Shown piece after piece: positions 28,046 through 40,844 of a DNA stretch of 64,000 bases. The position numbers and the translations under genes are program-made. Origin of the DNA: Eledone cirrhosa (Eukaryota). How positions within the stretch are numbered: the stretch's first letter is position 1; every line of letters begins with the position of its first letter. Where the stretch lies: NCBI GenBank assembly GCA_964016885.1, contig OZ024741.1:170810001-170874000 (forward strand), given 5' to 3'. The notes under the pieces are model-generated. The model was not told where the DNA came from. It was given only the letters and a program-made list of their open reading frames with translations, and searched no databases.

Positions 28046-28874
28046 TAATATTTGATGAACATTTACATGTTATAGTTGCAATTGACTAATAAGATCGCTA
28101 GAGTGAAAAATCTTAATTCAACAACATAAGGTCTGCCTGTACGATATAGAAAATAATAAATCAATACCCACAGACTCATATGGGCAAAACACCTTGGTAC
28201 CTAGACACGTTTAAAATTCAAAATACAAACTTTTTCCGCAGATCGGTCAGAACTTCAAACTTCAAGCATGTTTCACAAAGGATGGTATAATAGTAAAATA
28301 ATTGACTAATTAGCAGTGAGTTAATCAACTTTTTCTGTGTTTATCAATAGGTACCCAGATAAAAATAAAATAACTCAACCTCAGAAAAATATCTAAGGTC
28401 TGGTTAGCGTAGCGAAAATACACGAGGTTTTGCACACGGCTTATTCCAGTCCTCTAACGTCCCACACATAGTGCTAGAAATAACAGCCGTTTATATGGGA
28501 TTACAAAATTCAGCTCACCTGGGGGAGCAGTGATAAATAGGTTAGAGTTTAGACTCAAAGAGGTCATTTACAATCATTTCAGCTCTAGGAATCGCTTCTG
28601 AGCAGTATAAATTAATATTTGATGAACATTTACATGTTATAGTTGCAATTGACTAATAAGATCGCTAGAGTGAAAAATCTTAATTCAACAACATAAGGTC
28701 TGCCTCTACGATCTAGAAAATAATAAATCAATACTCACAGACTCATATGGGCAAAAAGCCTGTCAATTGCAACTATAACATGTAAATGTTCATCAAATAT
28801 TAATTTATACTGCTCAGAAGCGATTCCTAGAGCTGAAATGATTGTAAATGACCTCTTTGAGTCTAAACTCTAAG

Positions 28875-28881
<7 letters not shown>
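28041..28881. mobile_element. (TA)n-embedded element with 567-bp unit redundancy and inverted tail
   Basis: 28041-28189 repeated at 28608-28756; 28762-28881 inverts about 28533-28653. Confidence 0.8.
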
Positions 28882-28948
<67 letters not shown>

Positions 28949-29255
28949 GTGACGACACTCCGTCGGTTACAGCGACGAGTTTTCCAATTGGTATGATCAA
29001 CGGAACAGCCTGCACATGAAATTAACAAGCAAGTGGATGAACATTCCTTAAACTCGCTTACTTGAAATGTAGTTTTAGGGAGATTTAGAGTGACACAGAA
29101 TGTGACAAGACTAACCCTTCGAATTATAGGTACAACTCATTGTTGTCAGGGTGTGTATTTTAATCACAAGGTGTGTATTTTCAAAAAAAATGCAAAACGT
29201 GCTTCTAGTCATTCACTGATTTGCAATTTCTGTGTAAACACGGATAGTTAAATCT

Positions 29256-29347
29256 TCTCCTTTGCTGACGATCCGATTTGACAACTGTGATTTACCGATT
29301 GATGGTGAAATATATTTCTTTATTTAATGAAATATATACAAAGGAGA
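29256..29347 (+). ncRNA. Degenerate type I hammerhead
   Basis: tctcctttg CTGACGA ... GAAA tata TA caaaggaga with 9-bp stem I; GAAATATA occurs twice (29307, 29329) and stem II is degraded. Confidence 0.55.
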
Positions 29348-29466
29348 TTAATGATTTTTAAAAGGTATTTATATTTGAAGTTCTCGTTAAAATTTAATTA
29401 GTTACCTATCTAGCTGTGTGTGCTTACACTTTTTACCAATTATTCCCTGTGATTGTTTCATATGTT

Positions 29467-29510
<44 letters not shown>

Positions 29511-29649
29511 TCATCATCACCGTTTAACGTCCATCTTCCACTCTATCATGGGTTATATATTTCGTTTCTGAATTTGTTTAGCAAGATTCTTTATCTGAAA
29601 ACGTGTGTTGAAACCGATATACTATGGCGGGTCATGTTGCCAATAAGAA

Positions 29650-29690
<41 letters not shown>

Positions 29691-29803
29691 AATCGATTTC
29701 TAGTTGATATAAATGCTTGGATCTATTCATTGGAATCTTTGAGCATATTCTACAGAAGTATGGCGCATGTCTCTCAGACATTACATCCTTAATTACATTT
29801 CGG

Positions 29804-29855
<52 letters not shown>

Positions 29856-30237
29856 TGTAGTATAGGTTTGCTAGAAATATCCAAGTGTAAGATCACTTTG
29901 TCCTTAGGATGAGTTAATTATAATTAAGTTGTTACAACAGTAACATATACAGGCACTTAAATTTCATTGTATTATACACCGCAGCTCATTCAGCCTGTTA
30001 TATGAAAAGAGAATTGACACCTCCACAGGTTGATTTTAAGTTTTTAGAAAAAATATGCAAGAGTTCTTTAAGGGCAGGTAATTTCAAATTTACCTATAAA
30101 TAAACAAAACGTTTAAATAGTGTGAATGGAGTTAACTATAATAAAACAACAAATGTGGGGGACCTTGTGCAAAGTTAGTCCTTCAAAGGAATTAAATTCC
30201 TTGAAATTAATATTAGTTAGTCTGGTCTATAACCTTA

Positions 30238-30900
30238 TCTTAGAATGAATTTCGCTTCGTGTGGAGAGCAACTAAAGCAATCAAAATGGGTATTTAATCA
30301 GTGTGTCTCTCAAGCGAGTTGTGAGAGCATATGACACGTTTCCAAGTTATAGAGCAGGCAAAATGTTGCCCCATTAACATAGGGGGTAGATTTTTCTAAT
30401 ATACCCCATTTAATGGGAAAATGTGTGCCGTTATTTTTGGGTGGCATGTTTTTTGTCAGTATGTCTGAATGTTGTTTCCTGGTTCATGTATCGACTTTTG
30501 AACAAGGTTTCGGACATTTCGACATAATTATAGGCTTCAGTTTCGTGGTTCTAGTTAGTGGATGTCACTTGTGCTTGATATATCACCACTGGAGTGTTGC
30601 TCTGTTGATTTAGTGGACATGCCTTTTGCCTTCTGCATGAGCATCTGTAATGTGAAGGGATTTTACATTTCCGAGTAATGTGGGCTTTAACGTTACTGGT
30701 ACAAGCGTAACCTATTTTCACTATCTGGCGATTGAATATCTGTCGGTATTTATGGACTACAGGATAGTGAAGATCTAGGAGAGCTAGGAATGTTCTACCT
30801 ACATTGGTGTTCACATTAGGTACGGATTGTGGTGCAAAGACATGTCCTTATGTCTCGGTTTTTACTTTAGGGCGGTGATCTGGAGAGTAAGAGATTCTTT
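30238..30900 (-). pseudogene. Penelope-like element (Naiad-like) linker and GIY-YIG remnant
   Basis: TNVGRTFLALLDLHYP..IFNRQIVKIGYAC..CSCRRQKACPL..VIYQAQV, then FKSRYMNQ and terminal HEAKFIL. Confidence 0.75.
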
Positions 30901-31500
30901 CGGAGAAGTTGCTGTTGTTTAGTGCTGAGTTCTAGAATGGTGATGCTCATCACAGATGGCTATGGTAGAGGTCACGTTGGATACCCTTTTGCTGATGTTA
31001 TTAAGAAGATTAAACAAAACTATAGCGGGTGGCTATATGTAAATGTATATACGAATATGCGAACGGAAACTGTTTATGATGATAATGTTTCCCAAACTAT
31101 TGATAAAATGTGAATTTTCAGCAGGCGTTCAACTATAAATATATAAATATACCATGGGATACAATAGTTTAGCGCAACTTCTGTATATAAACCTTGCCAT
31201 TAACTGCAATCTATCGAGGGGATATAATTACGTCAATAAGAAAGGCTACTGCAGGTTTTGATTTCAGTTTACAAAGTTGTGGATCAAACACCTCAAGGTT
31301 TCTCATCCGATGCTGTTTCTTGTCCCTTTACGCCGTAAGTTGCAATCTAGCCGAGGTTAAATTGTCCTTCATCCTTACGGGTTCGATACATTAAATCAAC
31401 GGTAACACAGTGGTGTCGATAAAATATAGCAATATTATAACACTGGGGTCGATTTAATCTAATTGTTGGTCTAATGTCTAAATCAGAAACAATTATTATT

Positions 31501-31632
31501 CCTTTATGGTCTGAGTTCAAATACCGCCGAGGTTAACTTTGCCTTTCATCCTTACGGGGTCTATAAAATAAAGTACCAGTAATGTACTGGGTTATTGCTG
31601 GCCTTGTGCCAAAAGTAGAAACAATTATTATC
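31501..31632 (+). mobile_element. SINE (5'-truncated); older degenerate copy at about 31290-31500
   Basis: gagttcaaataccgccgaggttaactttgcctttcatcc...acaattatt. Confidence 0.85.
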
Positions 31633-32399
31633 ATTATACGAAACACAAACTGTTCAGTTGGCTGTTTTGCTCATTACTGTGCAGATCAGATGCATCTATT
31701 TTTCTAATTGATATCGGTTTTAATAAATAAGCTGTCGATGTTTACCGCTGATAAATTAAATATTGTTATATTTATATATTTCTAAGCAAAGGGGATAATA
31801 GAAGTATTGTTAGACCGTTTTACTAAATGACTTGCAGTATTTATTTCGGTTCTTTTCAGAAATAAGCACTGTCACTATTACCTTCATTCTTGATGGGCCA
31901 ATAGATGCATTATTAATCTAAACACGTGAACTTACAGAATATTTACAGCGTTGAAATATTTGGTCCGGTTTATTGGTCAACTTTGCCGTTCATTTTTTTC
32001 TCAATAAATTAATAAAGTACTAATCTAGTGCACTGGTGAAATCATTAACAAATCGGGGTTGTGGTATATTTACGTTCTAAATTCTAAGTTCAAATTCTGC
32101 AGTGGCATACATGAGTTGTAGGTTTAATCTCTCTTACGGTTTAACACACCTTTAACAGACACTTGGATGCGTTGACAGACTCCACCTGTATCAAGCAATC
32201 GGGTCACGTTTCCGGTTTGAAAATATTTTACTTTCTCCTTCACACCAATTGTTTAGGACCCGGAAAAGTAAAACTAAATGGCTATGGGTATAGTCATTTC
32301 TCCTTACTAATCAATAAAAAAGCAACACCAAAACACATATGAAATGATAGCGGTAACAGAGATTCGAAAGCCATATTAGTGACTCAATTCCTACGAAAA

Positions 32400-32800
32400 C
32401 GCACCTTTTGATCACTCGAAGTCCACTGGGTCTTTTCTACTATTGATAATATTAATAATAAACTGATTGATGATTTGATAATGGTCGTGTTGAATACGGT
32501 GAGGATCAACCTTTTACTGCTGTAGTCATTCTGATCACATCCATGTCCCCGATTTCAATTATGTCACGAAACACAATAGCTAGTAATGTCAAAAGGAAAA
32601 ATGATTTTCAAATCTATTCCGAAATGTCCCAGGTCAAGAGATGTATTCAATTTGAAATCTCCTCACAATGGTAGGCTTGACAAGACATTTCTGAATTCTT
32701 CACAAGTAGCTTTTATATGCTATCTATTGCGCATTGTATAAATGATTAATCGATTTTTATTTTTCTGGATAGGAAAAAAAGAAATGATTAGAATAATTCC
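32400..32800 (-). pseudogene. Possible highly decayed LINE APE endonuclease
   Basis: Manual translation gives GDFK...IDL...VS*HN at spacing resembling GDFN/ID/SDH. Confidence 0.3.
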
Positions 32801-33064
32801 GCATAACAACAGCAGCAGAGTTCGTTCTCATTCCTTCAACGAAAATTCAAGCAATAAAAGCGAAAGGTGCACTCGCCTGGTTTATAATCACCAATGTGTT
32901 GCATACATTCTGGTAAGGTCTCTGATTTAGGAATACCTAGAAGAAACAACACCACGCGTTCGGCCGGGCCCTGTATCATGAAAAGAAAATCTTTTTCGGG
33001 AAATTATTAGATTTTCCCAAATTGTAAGGTTTTTTTTAGAAACTTTCAATGTTTTTAGGTTTTG

Positions 33065-33122
33065 CCGTCTGAAGAGCTTAGGCTATCATAACCGATAGTC
33101 CTCAGTGGAATATGTATAACGG
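33065..33122 (+). ncRNA. Type I hammerhead with core mutation (GGAA for GAAA)
   Basis: ccgt CTGAAGA gcttaggctatc ataacc gatagtcctcagt GGAA tatgta TA acgg. Confidence 0.7.
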
Positions 33123-33271
33123 AGTTTTAAATAAACCTGAATCAACTGACTATGGCCTCCGATTTTTTATTAATATATAATGCCTGGAATTGCACCATTT
33201 ATGCAAGTTTTTATCTGCTTCACAACCGACCGACCATAGCGTGGTCCGCACATCTCTGTCCGGTTAACCCC

Positions 33272-33344
<73 letters not shown>

Positions 33345-34367
33345 CAGAAATAGCTGTCGAAACGGCTTGAGCTCTGACTATTTTCCTATATATATATATA
33401 TATATATATAAACATGAGAAGAAAGAAGAATACTGCGTGGTTGCACATGGGTTACATATGATAAAAATACTCCTTCGTCAATGATTTTCCAACCATCATT
33501 GGTATTTCATCGCATATATATATTTCATATATATGTGTGTATTAAATTCGATACATATTATCTCCTGTTAAGTTTGATATGTTCTATTGTACAATTATAT
33601 CATTAGATATATATGTATGTACATATGTCATTTACTATTTTGTAATGATTAAATTGATCAGATTTTATTCCTTAAAATTTTCTTTCGAGCTTATTCTTGG
33701 ATAATAAGACTCATGTTTGAGATTATCTCAGACATGAATTCTATAACTTTTAAAGTAATATACATATATATATATATTTCTTCCTCACTTTCTGTTGCTT
33801 CACCATTCTGTTTGTTTACCCTCGCGTCCCCTTTATTTACGTGTCCCAACGACTTTTTTTAGCCGTTGCTCCCACCAACCGGAGGTATATGGTCTTTAAA
33901 GCGATGAAATGCCTATGATGGTTGGAAGATGACTGATGAAGGACAAACTTTTTTCATATGTAACCCATTTGCAACTCCGCAGCCCCCTTATTATCATATA
34001 TATATATATTATATGCATGACCATTGGTGCAGATTCCACCATCCTTACCCAGTAATTGATTTGACAGGTGTCAATATCCCATTCATACCAAAACATCTTT
34101 GGCCCGATTCTGACAATATAACCACTTAATGAAACCCCTTTGTTTACTTAGAATAGATGGACATTAAAAAATGCGTGGGTGTTTATATGTATGTGTGTCT
34201 ATAGGTACTTAAATGTGAATGTGCACCTTGCCATTTATCTGTGTATATTTCTAAAAATAGTTATTTTCAGAGTCCCTGTTCTTTAAAACCCTAGGCCAAT
34301 GACCGCTACCAATCCTGAAAATCATCACCTTCCCCAACCACCAGAAAACATATAAATACCACCATGT

Positions 34368-34535
34368 TATAATTGTTTCTACTTTGGGCACAAGGCCAGC
34401 AATTATCCCTGTGTATTACTTGCACTTTATTTTAACGACCCAGTAAGGATGAAAGGCAATGTTAACCTCGACGGAATTTGAACTCGGATCTTAAAGGGCC
34501 GTAACTCTTTGCTTCAAAGCATGGCGTCCGACCCT
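34368..34535 (-). mobile_element. SINE
   Basis: Same family as 8447-8635. Confidence 0.88.
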
Positions 34536-34695
34536 GTTGACTTTCCAGAGGATTTCTTTCAAATGAAACAGTTCCAGTCCTGTAGAAACCATTCCTATAT
34601 ATATATTAGACTTATCGTCCCCTACTTTTGCTCTTTACTCTTTGTTCTTGAATGTTTGGTTGGTAGAGTCCATAACACCAATCAAACCCCTTTTA

Positions 34696-34744
34696 TAGCT
34701 CTGACGAATCCTACGGTTACGTAAGGAAGAAACATTGTAAGCCA
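34696..34744 (+). ncRNA. Type I hammerhead ribozyme
   Basis: tagct CTGACGA a tcctacg gtta cgtaagga a GAAA cattg TA agcca. Confidence 0.72.
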
Positions 34745-34783
34745 ATAAACATCTTTTGATGTTGTAGACGCTCTTGTGTTCTT

Positions 34784-34847
<64 letters not shown>

Positions 34848-34948
34848 TCGCACACATACACACACACGCATATATATATATATATTAGAAAAGTAAAAAA
34901 ACAACAACAAGGAGTACAGTTACGAAATGTTTCAGGTATTAGGTTCAG

Positions 34949-34984
<36 letters not shown>

Positions 34985-35610
34985 ACAAAATATGGGGAAA
35001 TAATAGACAAAAATATACCAATGTTTTCTTCAAAATCTCCACTACAGTTATGCCGATCCGTGTGCAACCATATCTGTACTATAAAAATGCATCACCGTTG
35101 TGAGGTTGATACGGCTTATCAAGAGACCCCTCGAAGAAAGGACGGTTTCTTGACGCGTTCATAGCAAGTGAGAAAATCTCTAGAGGCGGAGGGAGAGATT
35201 AACACGTGAAACAGTGGTAAAAAAAAAGGCTTTTTTCTTTCGTATCAAGTGAGAATTTCTCGATAGGCGGAGAGAAAGATTAACACATGATATAGTGATC
35301 ACAGAAGGGTAGTAAGGTGGACAGTGAGCGAATAACGTATTTGCTAGAAAAAGCAGTTAGTACTCTCCTGGGTTAACCTGACTATAGGGAATTTGTTACT
35401 ATATAATAATGAAATATACACACATATTCATATGTATATGCATGTGTGTGGTACCCGCCTTAACAAGTTTTGCACGATGACCGAAAGAGCTAAAATAATC
35501 AAAATAATGAAAATAACTCAATAATCAGAGGTATTTATCAATTTACAAAATATGAGGAAATAATAGACAAAATATACTTATTTTTTCTTCAAAGTCCCGA
35601 CTACAGTTAT
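34985..35610. mobile_element. Element with 560-bp terminal redundancy, related to 47237-48049
   Basis: acaaaatatg.ggaaataatagacaaaa...actacagtta at 34985 and 35545; internal gcaagtgagaaaatctc..aggcgg duplication shared with 47590-47750. Confidence 0.7.
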
Positions 35611-35682
35611 ACATATGAATATGTGTGTGTATTTCATTATTATTATTATATATATATATATATTATATATTATATATGTAAA

Positions 35683-35865
35683 GGGCGGTGGATTGGCAGT
35701 ATCGGTAGAGGGTCGGACGCCATGCTTTGCAGCTAAGAGTTACGGCCCTATATGGCTGAGTTCAAATCCCGCCGAAGTTAACTTTGCCTTTCATCCTTAC
35801 GGGGTCGATAAAGTACCAGTAATACACTGGGATAATTGCTGGCCTTGTGCCAAAAGTAGAAATAA

Positions 35866-35871
<6 letters not shown>
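35683..35871 (+). mobile_element. SINE, full length
   Basis: ggcggtggattggcagtatcgg A box, gagttcaaatcc B box. Confidence 0.9.
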
Positions 35872-35900
<29 letters not shown>

Positions 35901-35906
<6 letters not shown>

Positions 35907-36006
35907 TTCTACAGGACTAGAACTGTTTCATTCTTTAGAAATCATCAGGAATCTCTTCCTGATGATTTCTAAAGAATGAAACAGTTCTAGTCCTGTAGAA
36001 TCTCAT
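35901..36006. repeat. Perfect 51-bp-arm palindrome containing a hammerhead-like core
   Basis: Arms 35901-35951 / 35956-36006; CTGATGA t ttct aa agaa t GAAA cagt TC in each arm; stem I not formed. Confidence 0.8.
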
Positions 36007-36086
36007 CTATATTAAAACTTTTATACTCTGCAATGTATTGAGTACCTTACTTACTGTGGTTACCTCCGATTCAACCCGGAATAACG

Positions 36087-36121
<35 letters not shown>

Positions 36122-37178
36122 AACATATATCACAACCATTAACTAAAAACGCAAATTATGATGCTACATGATTCTAGAATAATTGGATATTATTAGCCAT
36201 GTCTTTTATATAGTCAGGAAATATTTTTTATTCCAATCAAAGCATCGCTCTTTTTCTGAATTTGAAAATTGTGCAACACCAATTATATAATCTTTCTAAC
36301 AAACTCGCCTTAGATGCATTGTCTAATTTATTCTACAATTAGTTCCTATACTTCATACCTTAATTTCATTCCGAAAATATTTTCATCAATTTGTCATTTC
36401 AAAATAGACATCTGTTTGCATACATTTTGTTTTAAATTGCTAGCTTGACCGAAAGTAGAGCTCCTTCCATTATTTTCACATTCCTTAGGCTTGGTTAAAT
36501 AGCGACGCTTAAAATTGCATTTTTAATTACTAGCAATCAAATCTCTAGAATTACAAGGGAGAAGATGGATGAAAAATAATCATGAGTCCATTTTTCATCC
36601 AAAAAAGAACGTTAGCCAACATCTTGCATTTCTATCATCAATACTAGCCATGAACTTTAGCTAGCTTCTTGTATTTCGTTTGTCAATAATAGCCATTGAA
36701 AAATGGGCCACTTTTATTCACTTGACAATATTGATTTAAATTGTTTAAGTAAATAGACCGTAAATATTGCCAGCAGTCAAAATTATTGCACTTAATTTGT
36801 ACGGACACAACTGACAACCAACCACGACATAACCTAAATTCAAAATGACTATTCATATTCATGATTAATATCATAAGACCAGCAATATTTTATTTATTTC
36901 AAAACGTTTTAACGACTGACAGCAACATATATTAAATTACGGTTGTGTATGAAACTTTGTTATATATAAAGACTAACCGTACGGTTTGTCAAAGGTAAAG
37001 GTTACATCATTGTTTTTCCTAAGAAGAGAAACCAAGGAAGCAATTGTTCACAAATACTATCATTGTGATTAATATTCATTGTCGAAACAATTCGAAATAG
37101 ATGGATCCACAGTTTGGGATTTTCCCCCTCTTCGTTACACACACAAACACACTCTCTCTCTCTCTCTCTCTCTCTCTG

Positions 37179-37250
<72 letters not shown>

Positions 37251-37418
37251 GTGTCTCCAGTATAAATGTGTTACCATATCAATTTATAACATAATAAATC
37301 TAGTTTATGAGGTTAATTATTAATATGAGGCACATACTTGTTTCCATATGTATATATATATATATATATATACATGTGTGTGTGTATGTCTGTGTGAGTG
37401 TGTGTGTGTGTGTGTGTG

Positions 37419-37465
<47 letters not shown>

Positions 37466-37504
37466 GCAAAATGTAAACAGAAATAGCAACACAATCGGTA
37501 CATA

Positions 37505-37978
37505 AAGCATGGCTTGGACGCTGCAGGCTACCATTCCCAGCTCCCGCCGGTGGGGCTGGACCGATGGGACGGCAAAAGGCCAGGTGGCATGACCATCTTC
37601 CCATTTCTCGGTGGTAAACCTCTCGTCTGGGATGCCACCTGCACCGAGACTTTCTACAGCCGCAACCTGGTGCAGTCTGCAACTAACTCAGGTTCTGCTG
37701 CACGTCGGGATGAGGTGGCCAAACTCCTCAAATACCGGTCGCTCTCCGACTGGTTTGCGGTTGTACTCATGGCAATGGAGACTTCTGGTGTCCTCGGCCC
37801 TAGGGCTACATCCCTACTCACCACCATAGACGTTGAGCTGGCCAACCGCAGGTGTGAGCCCCGCGAGTTGGAGTGGCTTTTCCAGCGCGTCTCCCTAGCT
37901 GTCCTCCGGGGAAACGCCTTCTTCATTCTGACCGCCGGGGTTGTGGCGGAGCCCCATCGCGTATCATTCCATATTTAG
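37505..37978 (+). pseudogene. Restriction-like endonuclease domain of a CRE-clade non-LTR retrotransposon (3' fragment)
   Basis: DGKRPGG.T..PF..GKPLVWDATC, K..KY, METSG, LFQRVSLAVLRGNA. Confidence 0.82.
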
Positions 37979-38365
37979 TTGTGGTCGGCGTGTGTGTGTT
38001 TGTATATATCGCTTTTGTTTTCATTGAGCATCATATCATTCTTCATTGCTTTTCTCTACTAATGAATTATATTTGGAAAAGTCGGTACAGTATATTAAAA
38101 GAATATATTAGGTTAACGCTTGAAATAACAGGAAGAGGGTCTTAACGATTCGGACGCAAGTCATTTATCAGAAGAAAGAAGGAGAAATAAGACGGATTGA
38201 CATCTCTCTATATATTATAACTATAATATAATTTGTATGTTGTGTATGTATGTATATATATCTATGTATATATAACCACACACATGCACACACACAGACA
38301 CACAGACACAGACACACACACACAGACACACACATACACCCATACACACACACACATATATATAC

Positions 38366-38418
<53 letters not shown>

Positions 38419-38739
38419 CAAAAACACCGCACACACACATATGCATATATTTATTATAATCTCACACTTAATATATAAGAGAAAAAAATTCATAAGAAGA
38501 AGCACCGTAAAATATAGGATTATATGTATCTAGATTGGTTGGTTGAGTGATCCGAACGATCGAATGATTGAATGAAAGATATTTTGAAACCAACTTTAGA
38601 ATCCTCCAAACATCTCGGTGAATATGGGAGGTAAAAAATTGAACGATCGAATAAATGAGAAATAAATTATAAATTACAGAAACAAATGAGGACTTCAATA
38701 GCGTGAATAACAAGAATACATATATATATATATATATAT

Positions 38740-38904
38740 AACGAAGGAAATGTGGTAAGGAACCAGGTGGACCATAACGCACCAAAGTACTCAATACTTG
38801 AGGTAGTAGAGTGGGTAATAGGAACCAGTAAGACCCCGACAGCTGAGCTCAAGCCGTTTCGACTTCGAAACGGCTTGAGCTCAGCTGTCGGGGTCTTACT
38901 GGTT

Positions 38905-38909
<5 letters not shown>
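38740..38909. mobile_element. Fold-back element, same family as 23709-23902
   Basis: Perfect 45-bp arms 38818-38862 / 38865-38909 centred just before GAAA cggc TT gagctc. Confidence 0.82.
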
Positions 38910-38987
<78 letters not shown>

Positions 38988-39009
38988 ATATACATAAATA
39001 TAGGCTAGG

Positions 39010-39066
<57 letters not shown>

Positions 39067-39365
39067 GCTCTCTCTCTATATATATATGTATATATATGTA
39101 CATATATATATATATATATAGCTGACTATAACTGTGGGTGTTGAATAAAATCACGAATAATGATAATAATCATCATGATATCAATAATAATAGTGATGAT
39201 TATGATGATGATGATTTCTAAAGTAAAAGAAAAAAGGCAGGGCGAGAAATAGGAAGGGAGTTGTTTGAGGCGGAGGATGAAGGGAATAAAATAAAATCAA
39301 AATATATGGAAAATAATTAAACGAAAAGATAATCTGTATATAAAAGGTACGTGTGTAGTGTGTGC

Positions 39366-40447
<1,082 letters not shown>

Positions 40448-40756
40448 GTGTTGTGTGTGTTTATGTGTATCTGTGTATGTGTATGCGTATGTTTGTGTGT
40501 GGCTTTCCCTGTGTATTTCTGAACGTATATATTGCAGATATGTAAATAATATATGACATCCATAAGTAGAAGGCATTACATTCTAACAACAGCAAAACAA
40601 TAAAAAACAAAACAAAGTAATCAGCAACAAGTTTTAAATTAATATCTTATAACAAAATAAATAATTAAATAGCCTCTTTTTTAATTGAATCGAAGCAAAA
40701 ACGATTAAAATTTAATCGTTAGTCTATAACTTAGTGAAATTGTGGAGATTATATTT

Positions 40757-40813
40757 GGATGATGATGGTGATGATGATAATAGCGGTGGTGGTGGTGGTG
40801 GTGGTGGTGGTGG

Positions 40814-40844
<31 letters not shown>

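Noticed and set aside
36150-36900. Possible decayed hAT transposase on - strand
   Set aside because: Only faint motif resemblance with many stops; not supportable without a profile search
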